Shown here: one piece after another, positions 1 through 13,742 of the stretch
Layout: every line of letters starts with the position of its first letter
How positions within the stretch are numbered: the first letter of the stretch is position 1
Origin: Tubulanus polymorphus
Lineage: Eukaryota; Animalia; Nemertea
Direction: 5' to 3'
Assembly: GCF_964204645.1 (NCBI RefSeq)
Contig: NC_134036.1
Coordinates: 2,356,001 to 2,420,000 of the forward strand
Length of the DNA: 64,000 nt
The notes under the pieces: model-generated
Told to the model about the DNA's origin: nothing
Seen by the model: the letters and a program-made list of their open reading frames with translations, nothing else
Database searches by the model: none
Made by a program: the position numbers and the translations under genes

Positions 1-53
1 CGGGGGAGGGGGAGGGGGAGTCGGTGGGGAGCATCACCCGGATCGAAACTCAC

Positions 54-178
54 GGGGCGGAGAATGAGAGAAGGTTAGTTGGTAGCGTGCGAAGGAAAAC
101 AGAAAAAGGTCTGTTTTTGATTTTTTAAAGGATTTTATCGGTTTGCGACGGGGTTTAGTAGAAAAGCCGATAGTAACA
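54..178 (-). other. Possible non-coding exon (UTR-like)
   Basis: ttctcccctgcag| ... ccgcccc|gtgagt on the minus strand; no convincing coding content. Confidence 0.25.
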
Positions 179-602
179 CTGCAGGGGAGAACGCTATTGA
201 GCAGACGACTCTAGAACAAGAAATATCAATTTAAAAAAGAAACATTTACCGGGTTTGATCTGGTTTTCGTAGAGATTGTCAGATTCGATACGGGAACGAC
301 TACTCCAGTGGTAAGATTAGCGAGATTTTCAGATATCGTGAGAGCTGATATTTCGAGATGCGAGAATTGAGATTTTGATATCAAGCTAGACACATATGAT
401 TTTGAGATATTTTGAAGTATTTTGAGATAAAACAACTGAGATTTTGATATCGTGTAAGATAACTAAGATTTTGAGATTTGTGTTAGATAATGTGAGATAA
501 AACAGCCGAAATTTTGAGATCCTACAAAATTACTTAAATTTTGAGATAATTGAGAATAGATATTTCAAATCTGAAACCAATATTTATCATGATATCAGGT
601 CT

Positions 603-1336
603 AGGAACCAGTTCAGCAGTTATTAACCGGGTCCTAATCTCCAAGTAGGGGCCCATCTTGATGTGAGAATTTTAGATTTTGAGATAAAGCGAAAAAGCTA
701 TCATTTTGAGATAATATAAGGTATTTTGAGATAACGTGATATATATGTATATTTCGAGATAGTGCATGATAACTGAGATTCCGAGATTATTCAAGATATT
801 TCGAGATAAAATCAGATTATGTGTGATTTTAAACAACCTCGATTTTGAGATTGAACTAAATTACTTAGATATTTGAGATAATATCGAAAACGAATATTTC
901 AAATCTAGAGTTTAGATTTAAGCAATAACTATCATAATATTAGATCCAGGAACCAGTTCAGCAGTTATTAACCGGGTCCGGGTCTCCAAGTAGGGGACCA
1001 TCTTGATGTGAGAATTTTAGATTTTGAGATAAAGCGAAAAAGCTATCATTTTTGAGATAATATAAGGTATTTTGAGATAACGTGATATATATGTATATTT
1101 TGAGATAGTGCATGATAACTGAGATTATTTAAGATATTTCGAGATAAAATCAGATTATGTGTGATTTTTAACAACCTCGATTTTGAGATTGAACAAAATT
1201 ACTTAGATATTTGAGATAATATCGAAAACGAATATTTCAAATCTAGAGTTTAGATTTAAGCAATAACTATCATAATATTAGATCCAGGAACCTTAAGTTA
1301 TTAACCGGGTCCGGGTCTCCAAGTAGGGGACCATCT
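603..1336. repeat. Tandem duplication, ~340-bp unit (2 copies plus a partial), GAGAT-rich
   Basis: AGGAACC...GTTATTAACCGGGTCC recurs at 603, 948 and 1286. Confidence 0.9.
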
Positions 1337-4300
1337 AACTAAACATCAGTTGTCCAAACATATTGCGAATTAACCAACAATTTATGGCTGAAGATTGCGT
1401 CGTCTGCGTCAGGCAAATAGATCATCAAACCATAAGGGTTCCTCCAATATCCCCCTCTATCCAAACTACAACAAGAATATATCAACAACGCTTAAACGTC
1501 AAGAACGTATAATACTCGCGTTAACGTTACGCTGTTTATTGGCAACGTTTACGGCCAATAAACAGTGATATAACAACAATATAAGACGTTAACGGGATGA
1601 TCGTTAACGACGAGTTGGCGAATAATTGCCAGCGTTATTCGGTTTGCGTTCGGTAGTTTTTTCGACGTTAATAAGCGAGACGGCGTTAACGGCCGACAAG
1701 AGCAGACGATAATAATGTAAAAATATTTGGGAAAAATAATGAACTCGGAAATTACTTGGGGGAGAAATTCCCCCGAAAAATGTCAACTGTCGATCGATCA
1801 CAAGTTGGTTACGATCGGCACTTGAAATGATCAATGGCGCGATCACCTGGCGATCACTCACACACGCGATCACCTAGCGATCACTCACATGCGATCACGT
1901 TAGACAGACATCGATTCGTAGTAAATAAATTGATAATCGTCGTAGAGAGCCGCGCACGAAACGAAACGTAGATCTGATGACGATGACAAGTGCGCGAGAG
2001 TTGTATATAGCAGACGACACGCGATATCACTATTGCTTCATCTGTCTTTCTGCCACTCACTCCTCCCTCTCTCCCCTCCCCTCATTTCCCCCTCTCTCCC
2101 CTTTTCTCCGTCTCCCACTCTCCCTCTCCAATCTCCTGCATCATTAGAATTAAACCCATTGTTGACAGTGTTACGCTTTTACATGGTAACCTTCATTCAT
2201 GATGTCACTCATTTGAATATTTACGGCAACAATGCTCGCAGTTGAGAAAATCAACATTGATTATTCATTATTTGTTCATCGCATTCAAAAGCTGCTCGTG
2301 ACTCTAAGAAATGCTAAACTTACGTTTTTGAAATTTTCAAGCTTAACAGACGACACTGCCAGTAAGTGGGAGGGGGAATCATCCCATCACATTTTGTGGA
2401 ATTGAAGAGATACAATTTCAAATTGCACGAGCAAAGAAGAGGGCAAATCGAGAAGAGAAAGATTGATTTATATAGTGTGAAAAGCGTCCCTGGCAGTCGA
2501 GTAGAGTGAAATAATGAAGATATATTCCTGGCCGTGTAATCAGCGGCGCAATCTAAAACTACATGTAAGCAAATATACAGTAATCGTTAGAACGAGGCTC
2601 AATTCGGCGAGCAGACGACACTTTTAAACACTTGTGTCAACACGTGACACGCTTTAAATCAACAGACGAAAGAGAGAGGATTTCAGAACCGCAACAACTC
2701 ACGCGGTTCTATCTCCAACTCGATCTGAGTCAATAACATTTATCTTCTCGTCTGCGAAGACAAGGCGTCCCGCAATTTGTACTAATTACTCGGTATACCG
2801 CTCGCAGCTTAATTCGAACTGAAGTTCAACAATGTAACCGAAAATGTTCGCATCCATAACAACAATCGCCGAGGAGACTAACTGACTGAATTGTTGAGCA
2901 GTTTGTAATATAGCTATAGTTGGTCCAAATGAAACGGATCCGAAAGAATTAACGGATGTCTTTGAGACATTTCGAATAGATCACGATTGATGGGAAGAAG
3001 ACTTTTTCCATGATTCAAACGAAGCCAAGAAAAGGTCGCGTTACCATCACCAAGGATACTAGTTAACCAACTACATTGTTGCTCTCGTCTCCATTAACGA
3101 CTGGCGTTTCGGTGAGGGTAGCATCCTGTACTGGTGTGTGAGCGCTGACAATTTGTGAAATTTGGAAAGGTCGAAGGAAGAGAACAACAAGGTCAATGAA
3201 CCAAAGTGATTTTGTCTGACCATCGACAAGGAGAAAGGCGGCGTCATTGTTGTTCGTCTTCCCACACAACAACAGCGACATCTGCTGACAGAAAAACGTA
3301 CTGATAATAAATAATGAACTTTTGGCATTATTGTGGCAAAAAAAATTCAATACTCAATAGTTAAGTAACTCCTCTTTTTGTTAAAATGTCCTTCAAAAGG
3401 TCATTCTTATTTCCAATGGCGATTCTCATTGGGGCCACAAGGGCTTAATTTGATAAACAGCAAATGTCACCACCAGGAGGCGCGTGAAACTCTTAATCTT
3501 GATCGCTAATTATGACCAACCAATAACATTGCGATCTGACTTACGGATCATCAATTCTCGGAGCACTCCGTCAGAACTCGGGATTACTCCAGTGTCAAAT
3601 CGATATAAGTGACCATCACCGCGTGGTCAGTGTAGTGGTCACTTTATGATCGATGACCAACGGTCAGTAACGATGCAGAATGACATATCGCGTATTTTTT
3701 TCCAACAGTGCAACTTACTCTACGTCGTAATATATATAGTCTCGGAGTAAACGCTAATCGAGGAGAGTAGCCGCGGGTGATTTTTCATCCCGAGAATAAT
3801 ATTTAAACCCGTTGTCAAACTAACACGATTTAGCCATAAATCCGGATTAAGAGAGATTCGACTACGAGCAGACGATATACGGAGTCGTTTTTGTTCCGTT
3901 TATCATTCAGACAGGCGGGAATAGACAGCAACGACTCATTCTGTATCTTCGTGACCTCGAATCAAGATTTTCCACCAAAAAAAATTAACCGAGAGATTCA
4001 CTGAAAATGATATATCATTATAACGAATTCTAAATAGTTTTTCGGGTAGAAATGTGAATTTTATGAGGTAAAAAGAAAGCGTTACAGGAGAAAGTCGGAT
4101 AATTTTCGTAATAACCACTCATTTCCAAGAATAATTCAATAATATTTTTTACACAATGGAATCTATGTTAATCCGTGTTTAATTTGATTTTAATCCCCGT
4201 TGTTGATCGGTGCCTGCTACGACGTCCCGATACGCGCACGACTAAAAGACATTGTGATACATTTAATTTTTTTTCTGCCGTAGTGCATCCAGGGACTTGC

Positions 4301-5502
4301 AACAGAAGTGCTGAAACGTTTTGCTCATAGAACCGATAATGCTGACATCCTATACTTTGAACCCTCACTTTCAGAAAACTTTATTCTTAAACTTGTTTAC
4401 ATCATTTGCATCGGTCTACCATGGTATTTTGAGCTATAAGATGTTTGACGTTTTGACGGAACTGACAATTTCTTATCGAATGGCCACATTCTCTTGGTCA
4501 AAGACTTCTCGCCTGACTCGAACACAAAAAGGAAGAAGATCCCCGTCGTTAAGAACAACAATCAAAATCGTTTGTTTGTTTTTTTTGTTTCACTTCAAAC
4601 TAATTCCAGTCGCCATGGAATCCTAATCTAACTTCGTCGAGGAGCAACAATACTCATAACTATCGCGTCGCCTAGCGCTAGGATACATTCAAAAACTAAC
4701 TGATTGCATTGTAGCTAGCTAGTGCTATTATGAAACACTATTACTGACCACTGTGACGTCAGCAGGCAGATGCCGACAGTATTGCCTCATGAGATGACCA
4801 TCGCTAAATACAGAAACTAATTTAGAACGAGATATAATATCGTCGGCTGCTCAGTACGGCATATGCGGCAGCAGCCGAGAGATTCATGGGGTCAATATTG
4901 ACTTGGACCCCGAGCCCAATTAGCCGCGCAGGCAACACGACAGTGTACAGTACACACAAACAGCGCGCGCGTTTCGTCTGTCTTAATAATCCCGATGTAT
5001 AATTCAGTTATCGAAATGACGTCTGACGAATTCTCTGAATAATCATCACCGTTAACCATATGTAGATATAGTAGTGTATATCGGATACAACATTGGTGGT
5101 CGAGCGGGTGTTGATTATTCAAGAGATAAGATTTACAATTTACGATACGATATTCGATATGCGTCATTTTACTCTTGGATGTCGAATTATGCAGATACAG
5201 AAAGTGTGGAATGTAAACATTCGCGTTTGCGAGCGCCGCCACCAGGGGCAGCACCAGTGTCCTCCCCAACCGAATTGTCGCGTATTTGTAGTTTGTAGCT
5301 CTAGGAAATGTGCGACAATATCGAAGGTCAATATTCCTCCAGAGCAAATAATCCCGGCACGAAGATCAAAGAGTCGCCCGTTAGGAACCGTTAGATTTGA
5401 AATTCAAATACTAACTCGGCGAATATACAATATACGCGCACGCGTATTTGTGTAGATGCGCCAGCGAAATTGAACGTAATGAGAGATGAACGCTTTCTGA
5501 AG

Positions 5503-5531
5503 TTAACCCTCTCCATCCGAGTCCCGACCGC
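5503..5531 (-). CDS. Candidate terminal coding segment (GGRDSDGEG*), followed by a 3'UTR-like region to about 4360
   Basis: Strong acceptor ttactgttctcctcag|GCGGTC; stop TAA at 5505-5503; AATAAA on the minus strand at 4385-4380. Confidence 0.45.
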
Positions 5532-7879
5532 CTGAGGAGAACAGTAATAATAATATTTTGATATCTTTACCATTATCATAAAAATATTTCGATATCCTTA
5601 CCATTATCTCAACAATATATCATCATCTAATTATGAAGTATATATCAAGTGTTTGCACTGTCCCACACTGTGCACTGTCCCACAGTTCCTTTCTATATCC
5701 TTTCATCAAACAATCTCAACAATATCTAAATCTTAAACATAATCTCATGATCTCAAGACAATAATCTCTAAAGAATCTCAATAACTAGCTAACTATCTAA
5801 TCATCTAATGATGGAGTATATCAAAAGTGTAATTTTTCCCGTCCAACACGATCAACCGCGTTATATTAAAAACAAACATTAAAAACCACATTCCTTAAGT
5901 AGCAAAGACAAGACGAGATTCTCATCTGCGCTATCAATCCATATCTCACAATCTCAGATATATCTCTATCAAAACGTAATTAATCTGGACAGTTACTATT
6001 GATCCCGACAAGCCGAACGTCGAAAGCCTTTAGCGTTAAAACGTTCTCTCATCTCTACAGACCACCGCTAATTAGCAACGTTACGCTGTCCGTGTGACGT
6101 TAACGTAAAAACCGACCCGTAAGCGTGTCGGTTCTGCATAACGTAACGACGACGTCGAGACAACAATGAGAGAAAGTAACGTCGGCAACGTTATCATTTC
6201 ATCATAGCGGTCATTACGGCAAATCCGTGGTCAGCGTTAATTGGACTCGTAGCGTTACGCTTACGTGACTTTATTACGTAATTAACCCTCGGAATCTTTG
6301 AACGCAGTTGCTAAGCTGCGACGTTCATTTTCTCTCTTGACCCGTTACGCGAAGATCGACGACGGACGTTTCGATTTTTTTCGCTTGTCTCGTTGATCGG
6401 ATATCGATGAGAAAGACGATGAGGGGGATGATGAGGACAAACGATTGCGGCGGTGATTTACGACGAAGTCTCAATTTACGACGGAGATGAAAATAAAAAA
6501 AATACGTCAGTAGCGTGACTGGAGTTTGTTATGATTCTCTTTTCTTTCTTCTTCGACTCCCGCGCGGTCCAGTTTTATGAAAAGACGTAAACTACCGTAA
6601 ACGTACACTCAACCCGTCTGATAACGGAAAGTATTGTTGTTGTCGCTACGGGTATTGTTGTTGTTTTGTAGTACTCGAACAAATTGTAGAATATAAACTA
6701 AGGTTAGTTTAAAGTTGGTGAAAGTGAAACTAGATACTATTGAAAAAGTGACCGTTCAAATGACGCCTGGACGACTGGATGGAGGAAGCGGAACGGACGG
6801 CTGGACGGACAGACAGCCAGACGGACGAATATGTCTGTAAAGTGAACAGTTTGTGTTAAGTGGTCTCTAGATGGTTGGTTCATTTAGTTCCCAACCCGAA
6901 ATGGACGCCCTAATTACCGCTTCCGACAGACGCAAACCGCATGTATTTACGGTTAATTCTCTCTAACGGAACGTATAATATACATCCGCGTAACGCCAGC
7001 GTTAACGCTGCATACGTTAATCAGCGTTCGACCACGAGTACGTGAGAGGCATAGGTGACGACCACATCCGAGATTATACCCAACCGCCGTCGAGATGAGA
7101 TTTTCAGATATATTTATTCATATCTCAAATTCTGACACTCGCTTGTTGACACTTTCCGGATTCTTGCAGATGCGTTACACCGTCATAATATCAATTGTTG
7201 CATATTGCTCCTCACATATTTGAGATTGTTGCTTAGCACCCCTTCCAACAGTTAAGTTATCAATGGAAACGTAATAACGATAAACTTTTAATTGTGACTA
7301 TGGCAACTGTCCACTGGTTAACATAAAACAACCTTAAATGTTTGAGCAACTGCAACGCCAGGTTTATATCAGACTCAGTTCAAAGGAGTCACCCGCACAC
7401 ACACGATGCCCTTTTCGTCCCCTACTCCGCTACCTCGTGACCTGTCCTTACTTATAAATCAACAATCGTTCGCCAATCAGTAATCTGACACTTTCCACTC
7501 GGTTGTCAAGGGGAATACTCCGAAACTAACGAACTCGCTATGCCGTGTGGCATTTAACAGTTTTTTATATGGACAATCAACAAACAGCCGAAGAGTTTTA
7601 CTGATTCTGCGACGCATTGGTGAAAAAAGTTTTGCTATTAGGTCACAACATATGGAGGTAAATCGGGACAAAGAAGCCGATCTTTGGTCATGGTGGTTGA
7701 TTGAGTCATGGTGGATTAGTTTTAACAAAACTATAGCCTGAGCATCTTCTCCGATACTTTCTTTGCAACCGTTTTTGGCCAATAGTTTATCACGACATAT
7801 CGTATGGTTCATTACTTCGCAAACCTACCTTTTTCTTTATGTTTTTTTAACCGTTTATGATGGCTAATATCTGATGGAG

Positions 7880-8285
7880 GCATCTTCCTAGTTAACCAAA
7901 CTAGCTTGGGAATTTATCCATAATTTCTTATCTACAATTTTTCCAACTTAACTTAACGAGCATTTTTTGTACATTATTTTTCAGATAGCGCAGTATGCTG
8001 TGGGCGCATTCCTTCCTAGTTAACCAAACTAGCCTGCGCATTTTTCCATAACCACTTATCAACCGTTTGTGGCCGATAGCCTATCGTGACATATTCTTCA
8101 TAGTTAACTAAATGAGTCTGGGCCTTTTTCCATAATCTGTGACCAGTAACTTATCGAGACAATGTCTAACTATAGCCTGGGCATTTTTTCATAATCTCTC
8201 ATCTTCCGTGTTGCGCCAACAGCTTATTGAGACATATACTTCCTAGTTACCTAAACTATAGCCTGGGCATTTTTTGTAGATTATT
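7880..8285. repeat. Degenerate tandem repeat
   Basis: TTCCTAGTTAACCAAACTAGC and variants recur about five times. Confidence 0.7.
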
Positions 8286-8443
8286 TTTGGTGTCCAGGTA
8301 TCTCAGTAACACTGTTGGCGCGCATTGACTGAATGAGACGTGAAGTATGCCGTGGTTTTGAAAATCTCTAAGATCGAGTATCACTCTCACGCTACTCGAG
8401 ATAGTGCGTATCCGTATTGAGAGTGAGTGTGGACTGTACTCAC

Positions 8444-8473
8444 CGTCTGTTACTGGCTGTATGGCGCAGACGA
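8444..8473 (-). CDS. Candidate 30-nt frame-preserving micro-exon (VVCAIQPVTD)
   Basis: taactcttcag|TCGTCT...CAGACG|gtgagt; phase 1-1; open in the chain frame and has a TAA in the alternative MDFP frame. Confidence 0.4.
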
Positions 8474-8530
8474 CTGAAGAGTTACTAGTGCTAATTACTG
8501 TTGCGGACGTTTTTATGGGATGAATGTGGC

Positions 8531-8763
8531 GAGAGTGAGAGAGTGAGAGTGAGAGAATGAGAGTGAGAGAGAATGAGAGAGAGAATGAGAGAGTGAGAGT
8601 GAGAGAGAGAGAGAGAGAGAGAGAATGAGAGTGAGAGAATGAGAGTGAGAGTGAGAGAGAATGAGAGAGGGAGAATGAGAGAATGAGAGTGAGAAAATGA
8701 GAGAGAGAATGAGAATGAGAGTGAGAGAATGAGAGAGTGAGAGAGGGAGAGAGAGAATGAGAG
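8531..8763. repeat. GA-rich compound microsatellite (GAGAGT/GAGAAT)
   Basis: Direct inspection. Confidence 0.95.
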
Positions 8764-9249
8764 ATGATTCTTGAGATTCAGGAGCAGTGATGCGGTGAGT
8801 TATTGAGACTCTGCACTCAGGATGCAGTCTAGGGCAATTATTGAGGTTTTTGGGGTAGTAGTTCTTGAGAAGGGCGCAAATGTAATGGCAAATGAAACAA
8901 ATGAAATAAATGAATAAATTGTCATTTAGTTATTGGTTGATTATTTATACATATCCTTTTAGCAAGAATTCCTTCCAAGCATAATGTCGATATTTTAATA
9001 GAAATTTGATTACATTAATTACCATACATACAACAGGTCAGAGCTACTATTATGATTTTGAAAAAAATGTTTAAAGCCACTAAACGATTTAATGGCGAAG
9101 TTCATAAAGTTCTCTAGCAAAACCTTACAATATGATCTAGCTTTACCGCAGTCTTCAAAATTTAGGCAAACTTAGGCCAGTCCTTCGCCAATTTGATAGA
9201 AGAATTCCTATTTGTAGAAATGTTCGCTAAATTAATTACAAATTAAGTG

Positions 9250-9578
9250 TAAATATTGTCCAAAATCTACAAAGAAGTCTTCTGCTTCTGGTTGCCAGTG
9301 ATTTTAGTAATGCGCAGCACACACTTTAGTCCTACTTGTAATCTCAAGGTTGTCCGAGATACTTGTTGATATTCTAGCTAAAAGAAAGTCCAAAATCTAA
9401 GAAGTCAAACCCACGCTATGTTTTTCCCTGAGAATACACTTTTGTCCTAAAAATTATCATTTTTTGGAAAGATTCCAATTTGTAGTGTAAATTATCCAAA
9501 ATCTTCTAAAAAAGTCTTCTGCTTGCCAGTGATTTTAGTACTTTTGTCCTACTTGTAATTTCAAGGTTGTCCGAGATA
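9250..9578. repeat. Local ~100-bp direct duplication
   Basis: AAGTCTTCTGCTT...GCCAGTGATTTTAGTA...GTCCTACTTGTAAT.TCAAGGTTGTCCGAGAT occurs twice. Confidence 0.8.
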
Positions 9579-9945
9579 TATCGGCCTGACGACAAGAGAG
9601 GGAGATACGTATTAGTTATAGAAATGCATATTCCGATTCCGTGCGGAGATCACGTGACTTACACCGGTGCTCATACATATAAACAATGTCTCAAAGGCGG
9701 TTATGTAAATAAAACCGTTACAGGAGCAGACGATACCGAGAGAAAAACGTGATTACATGGCGCAGACGGCAAAATGTCGATCAACCGTGGAAACAAGAGA
9801 TGGAGAAAAGTTTTCGTCCGTCGTTTGTTTCTGCTAAACGAATTACGCACAGAGTAGTTGGGCGTAAAGTAGTCCTCGATTGCCGCAGGAGGAACTAAAC
9901 CGGTAGAAGAAATGGACGGCTGTAAAATCTTGTGTCCTCGCTTAC

Positions 9946-9997
9946 CTGTGCAGACTTTGTTGGAATGGGAAAGTCCATAGTATGGCGATAACTTAAC
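9946..9997 (-). CDS. Candidate 52-nt exon (VKLSPYYGLSHSNKVCT)
   Basis: atatttag|GTTAAG...GCACAG|gtaagc (consensus donor); phase 0 to 1. An alternative frame reads MDFPIPTKSAQ. Confidence 0.5.
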
Positions 9998-10317
9998 CTA
10001 AATATCTCAATTTTAAAGATGGATTGAATACAGACTATTGTCAGGACTCCTCAATTACCGAAGGAGACCATTTTGGTAGAAATATGCAGACGAACGAATT
10101 ATACACAGACTAATTTATAAATTATGAATATTCTATTTGAGACGATGCAGATTTTATATGAACGGCCTTTGATCCAGAAAAAGGATTTAGTTTCAGGAGC
10201 TATTGTACCTATGAAGGCCTATAATTTATATTTCATCTTTACTTCTAATGCTAAGTACTATAAGTATATGAAATATTGTGTCCAATGCCCCCATTACAAT
10301 TGTTTTTATACATATTG

Positions 10318-10390
10318 GCCTAGTCCAACTGCACCTAGTCCGACTTCGTCTAGTCCGACTTCGCCTAGTCCGACTTCGCTATGTCCAACA
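10318..10390. repeat. 15-bp minisatellite (TAGTCCGACTTCGCC-like)
   Basis: About five units; explains the SPTSP ORF pattern. Confidence 0.85.
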
Positions 10391-10877
10391 AGTGCATATA
10401 CTCGTGCAAATATCCAGAAAGGTCTCATGCGAAACTTATGCCGAGGAATTGGGCATTTTGGAGGAAAAGAGTGATACTTTTTTCTGGCTTGTAAAAGTGA
10501 ACAGGGACCTTAGAAAATAGTTCTGTGCCGATGAATGGAAACTGTGCAGCACCAGGTGGAGTAATTCTGTCTCCAATTTGAAAATCTTTGACGAGACGAC
10601 GAGCAGACGATCGTACACTGCTAACAATAAGGTGTAATATATATTACGAGTCCGGACAGACAGACGACTATTGATAAACAGTAATTGTACGCTCACGCTC
10701 GTCAGGATCCTATCCACGTTTAAAGCAAATCAGATCAATCCTTCAATCGGGAGAATGAGAATGGGAAATTGGAATTTACACTGCTCTGTCGTCTGCTCGG
10801 AATCCGAGTTTTTCCAATCGGAAAGGTTGTATTCCGATGCTACGATGGGACCCAAATACAGCAAGTTCCAAAATATT

Positions 10878-10970
10878 CAAAGTTTCAGTTCAAAAAGGTC
10901 AAGTTCGAGTTCAAACTGGTCAAGTCCCAGTTCAAACAGGTCAAGTTTCAGTTTAAATAGGTCCAATTCC
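10878..10970. repeat. 21-bp minisatellite (AGGTCAAGTTYCAGTTCAAAC-like)
   Basis: About four degenerate units. Confidence 0.8.
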
Positions 10971-13451
10971 ACAGTTGGGGAGAGAGATCGATGGCCTTTG
11001 TGTAGTCATGACGATAAAACCAGCCCAACGGCTGAAGTTGTTAAAATGATAATAGAACTAAGTCGATGTTAGACTGGTCTTAAGTCTTCCATACATGGAA
11101 CCACGACTTTAGTTGTTAGATGAACGCAATTGATTATCACGGGTTATTTGCTGCCCGCAATCCAAGATAAACCAGGTATTAATATTTTGCAGCCTTATGA
11201 AGCCAGAATATCTACAAATTTCAATCAAACATCCACGATACATCAGACTCGTCGTGTGACGTTTGACGAACGTCGTAACTCGTCAGTCGTAGGACGAATA
11301 ATCTGTCAGTCTGCGCGATACGTGGCTGCCTGGGGGCTATATTTATCTTCTGAATGGAATCCCTGCTATGTTTTTCATTATTTGTAAATCAACTTTTCAA
11401 AATTCGATTTCAAACCGCCGACGACGACGACGATAGCGAGGTCGTCTATATGTAGTTGCATGGCTACGGCAACGGTATTCATTGTTAGTTATATTAATAG
11501 CTATCGGGTAGGGTGGATTTTATAAGGAAGGATTACGAACGAACGTGCGGGTGAGCTTGTTGTTGTTCGAACCCAGAATATTTTGGTTGTAACTAGAAAG
11601 GCTCTAAGAAACGAAAAATATGTCCATGATGAATAAAGTTTTTTTGTCAAAAGTTGTCAGGTAAATCAACGTGAGCTAACTGTTCTAAGGTCATGTGAAT
11701 ACTATCTGAAGGAGGTTAGGGAGATAACGTTCAAAGATATCTTCCTTTTATTTCTGGGATTGAGGGCCATAAGGGTCGTGCTTCATATTTTAATGCCTCG
11801 AACAAGTTTTGGAACGCATTCAAAGACTCTTTGTGCGGTAGACATTTCCATAACCTATCTGCACTATTCTTCTTAAAGCAATATAGTTCGTCTTTGAAGC
11901 TTCTTCAAGGTTTTTTCGTTCATGACCAGAATTCCAAAAACATGGAGTGAACTTTCGCTTTTACATACGTTTGATGCCATCACGAAATTCTGTTCTCCTA
12001 ACTTTCCATTTTCGTTAACAAAATCGTTAATGATGTTAATTTTTTTTCACGTTAATTTTGTGCGAAAGAAAATTCTTAGAATTAAAAAAGAAAATTAATT
12101 TCATCACCTCGTCGCCAAAAAACTTTCAGTTTCCATTAACAAGATTTTTTGGTAATATTGGTTTTATCATAAAAAAACGGAAGCTCTTAATAGAAAATTT
12201 ATCGATTTTGTAACAGCAACACGTGATGTGTCGGAGCATTCCCTTCCCCGAGCCTGGGCCGAGAGTGCTGTAACTCTCCCCAGCCAAGTTCAGTGATAAA
12301 CTCTAAATATCTATTTCATCCAGAATTTTTTCATCAATGCAGTTTTCATGTATCATTTTTGATTTTGAATTTGAAATTAATAAAATCATAAAAAAATGAA
12401 GTAACACTCTGGAGTTCAATGAAGGCATCAGATACACATCCACCAGATTGTCCCTATTCCAAGGCCCCAAGTCTTACACTATTCTCCAGCACCGTGCATT
12501 ACAAATTTGCCTTTAAAGCAACTGGTAGATTATTCAAGATGCCAAATTAAACCGTCATTTATAATATTACGACATGAGTGGGAGTCCCCGGGGGTGTGAA
12601 CGGAGTGCGCGCTGCACCACCAGCAGGAGAGTACATCGAGAACTGCCGCTACGGCTACTGCTGAATTAGCGATAATTTGTAACAGTCCATAAAACGGCAA
12701 TATTTCAAACGACGACTCATTTTGAAAATTACAGTCTGTTCCAACACCGCAAGCATCTATTGAAGGAAGAAAATAAAGATAGGACTGGTTAATTTTTCTT
12801 TTCTTTTCTTGAAACAGGGATTCCCCTTGCTATTTATTTGAGTGGTAGCGAAAAGGAGTTTGATTCTTGGATATCCCATAACCAATAAACGTATACCCTA
12901 TCTCTAACAACAACAGGGCGGTCAGTTGAAAAATCCAGTAACCAAGATAAGGTTTTTTTTCTAGATCCCCGGGACTGGAATAAAACGTAAAACCCAGATC
13001 GTGAACGACGAACCGACGCAGTAATTATTTTCTTTTTTTCTGTCTCGAGATTTTCATTTTCAAAAGGTTATCTCCGCCAGTACAGCTCGGAGCTCGGAGC
13101 TCGGCTATACGGCTGTTTCAACAGACGAGCGTGTGTTTACTCACTAGCTGAGCAGACGATCACATTATTAAACGATTTTTTAACGAAGATGGTTTTGATG
13201 AGAAAATAAAAATAAATAGCCAATGGCTTCACAGACGGCGTTTCACAGGTCTTACGACGACTAACTACGGTTGAATCGACAGTAAGGTCATACAGATCTA
13301 TGATGGCAGACGACATGTTCACTTAAAGGATCTTAACCACATCGACATGATTTCCAGGATGATAGGGAGGAAGGTTCAGCGTTTTTCTAAAAGTTTCTCA
13401 ACTAAAACGACTGTATGATACACAACTTTTCCGGAAGTGTCTATATCACAT

Positions 13452-13742
13452 TAATTCCATAATCATGAATTCAATTCCTCATTCACATTCATTCAGGACT
13501 TTTCTCTGAAATGGCATCATCAACTTGATCAGGGCTCGCGGTTTCACGGAAAAAGTTTCGAACTCGAATTTATATAGGCTATACGGTTTGAATTGTTGTC
13601 CTCATTGAATATATGAAGTAACCAATAGCAGTTACACCTAAAAATTCGAGTTAAACTTTTTCGTGAAACCTAGCCTAGATGGTGCCATTTTAGAGAAAAG
13701 TCCTGAATGAATATGGATAACGAATTGATGATTATGGAATTA
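13452..13742. mobile_element. Nested palindromes: inner MITE 13532-13675 inside an outer inverted repeat
   Basis: Outer arms ATTCATTCAGGACTTTTCTCTGAAATGGCATCATC / GATGGTGCCATTTTAGAGAAAAGTCCTGAATGAAT; inner arms GGTTTCACGGAAAAAGTTT / AAACTTTTTCGTGAAACC. Confidence 0.75.

Noticed and set aside
5207-5228. TGGAATGTAAA match to the miR-1 5' end
   Set aside because: Match stops after 11 nt and there is no pre-miRNA hairpin
4892-5455. ORFs of 74-151 aa on both strands
   Set aside because: No homology recognised; better explained as the 3'UTR of the candidate minus-strand gene
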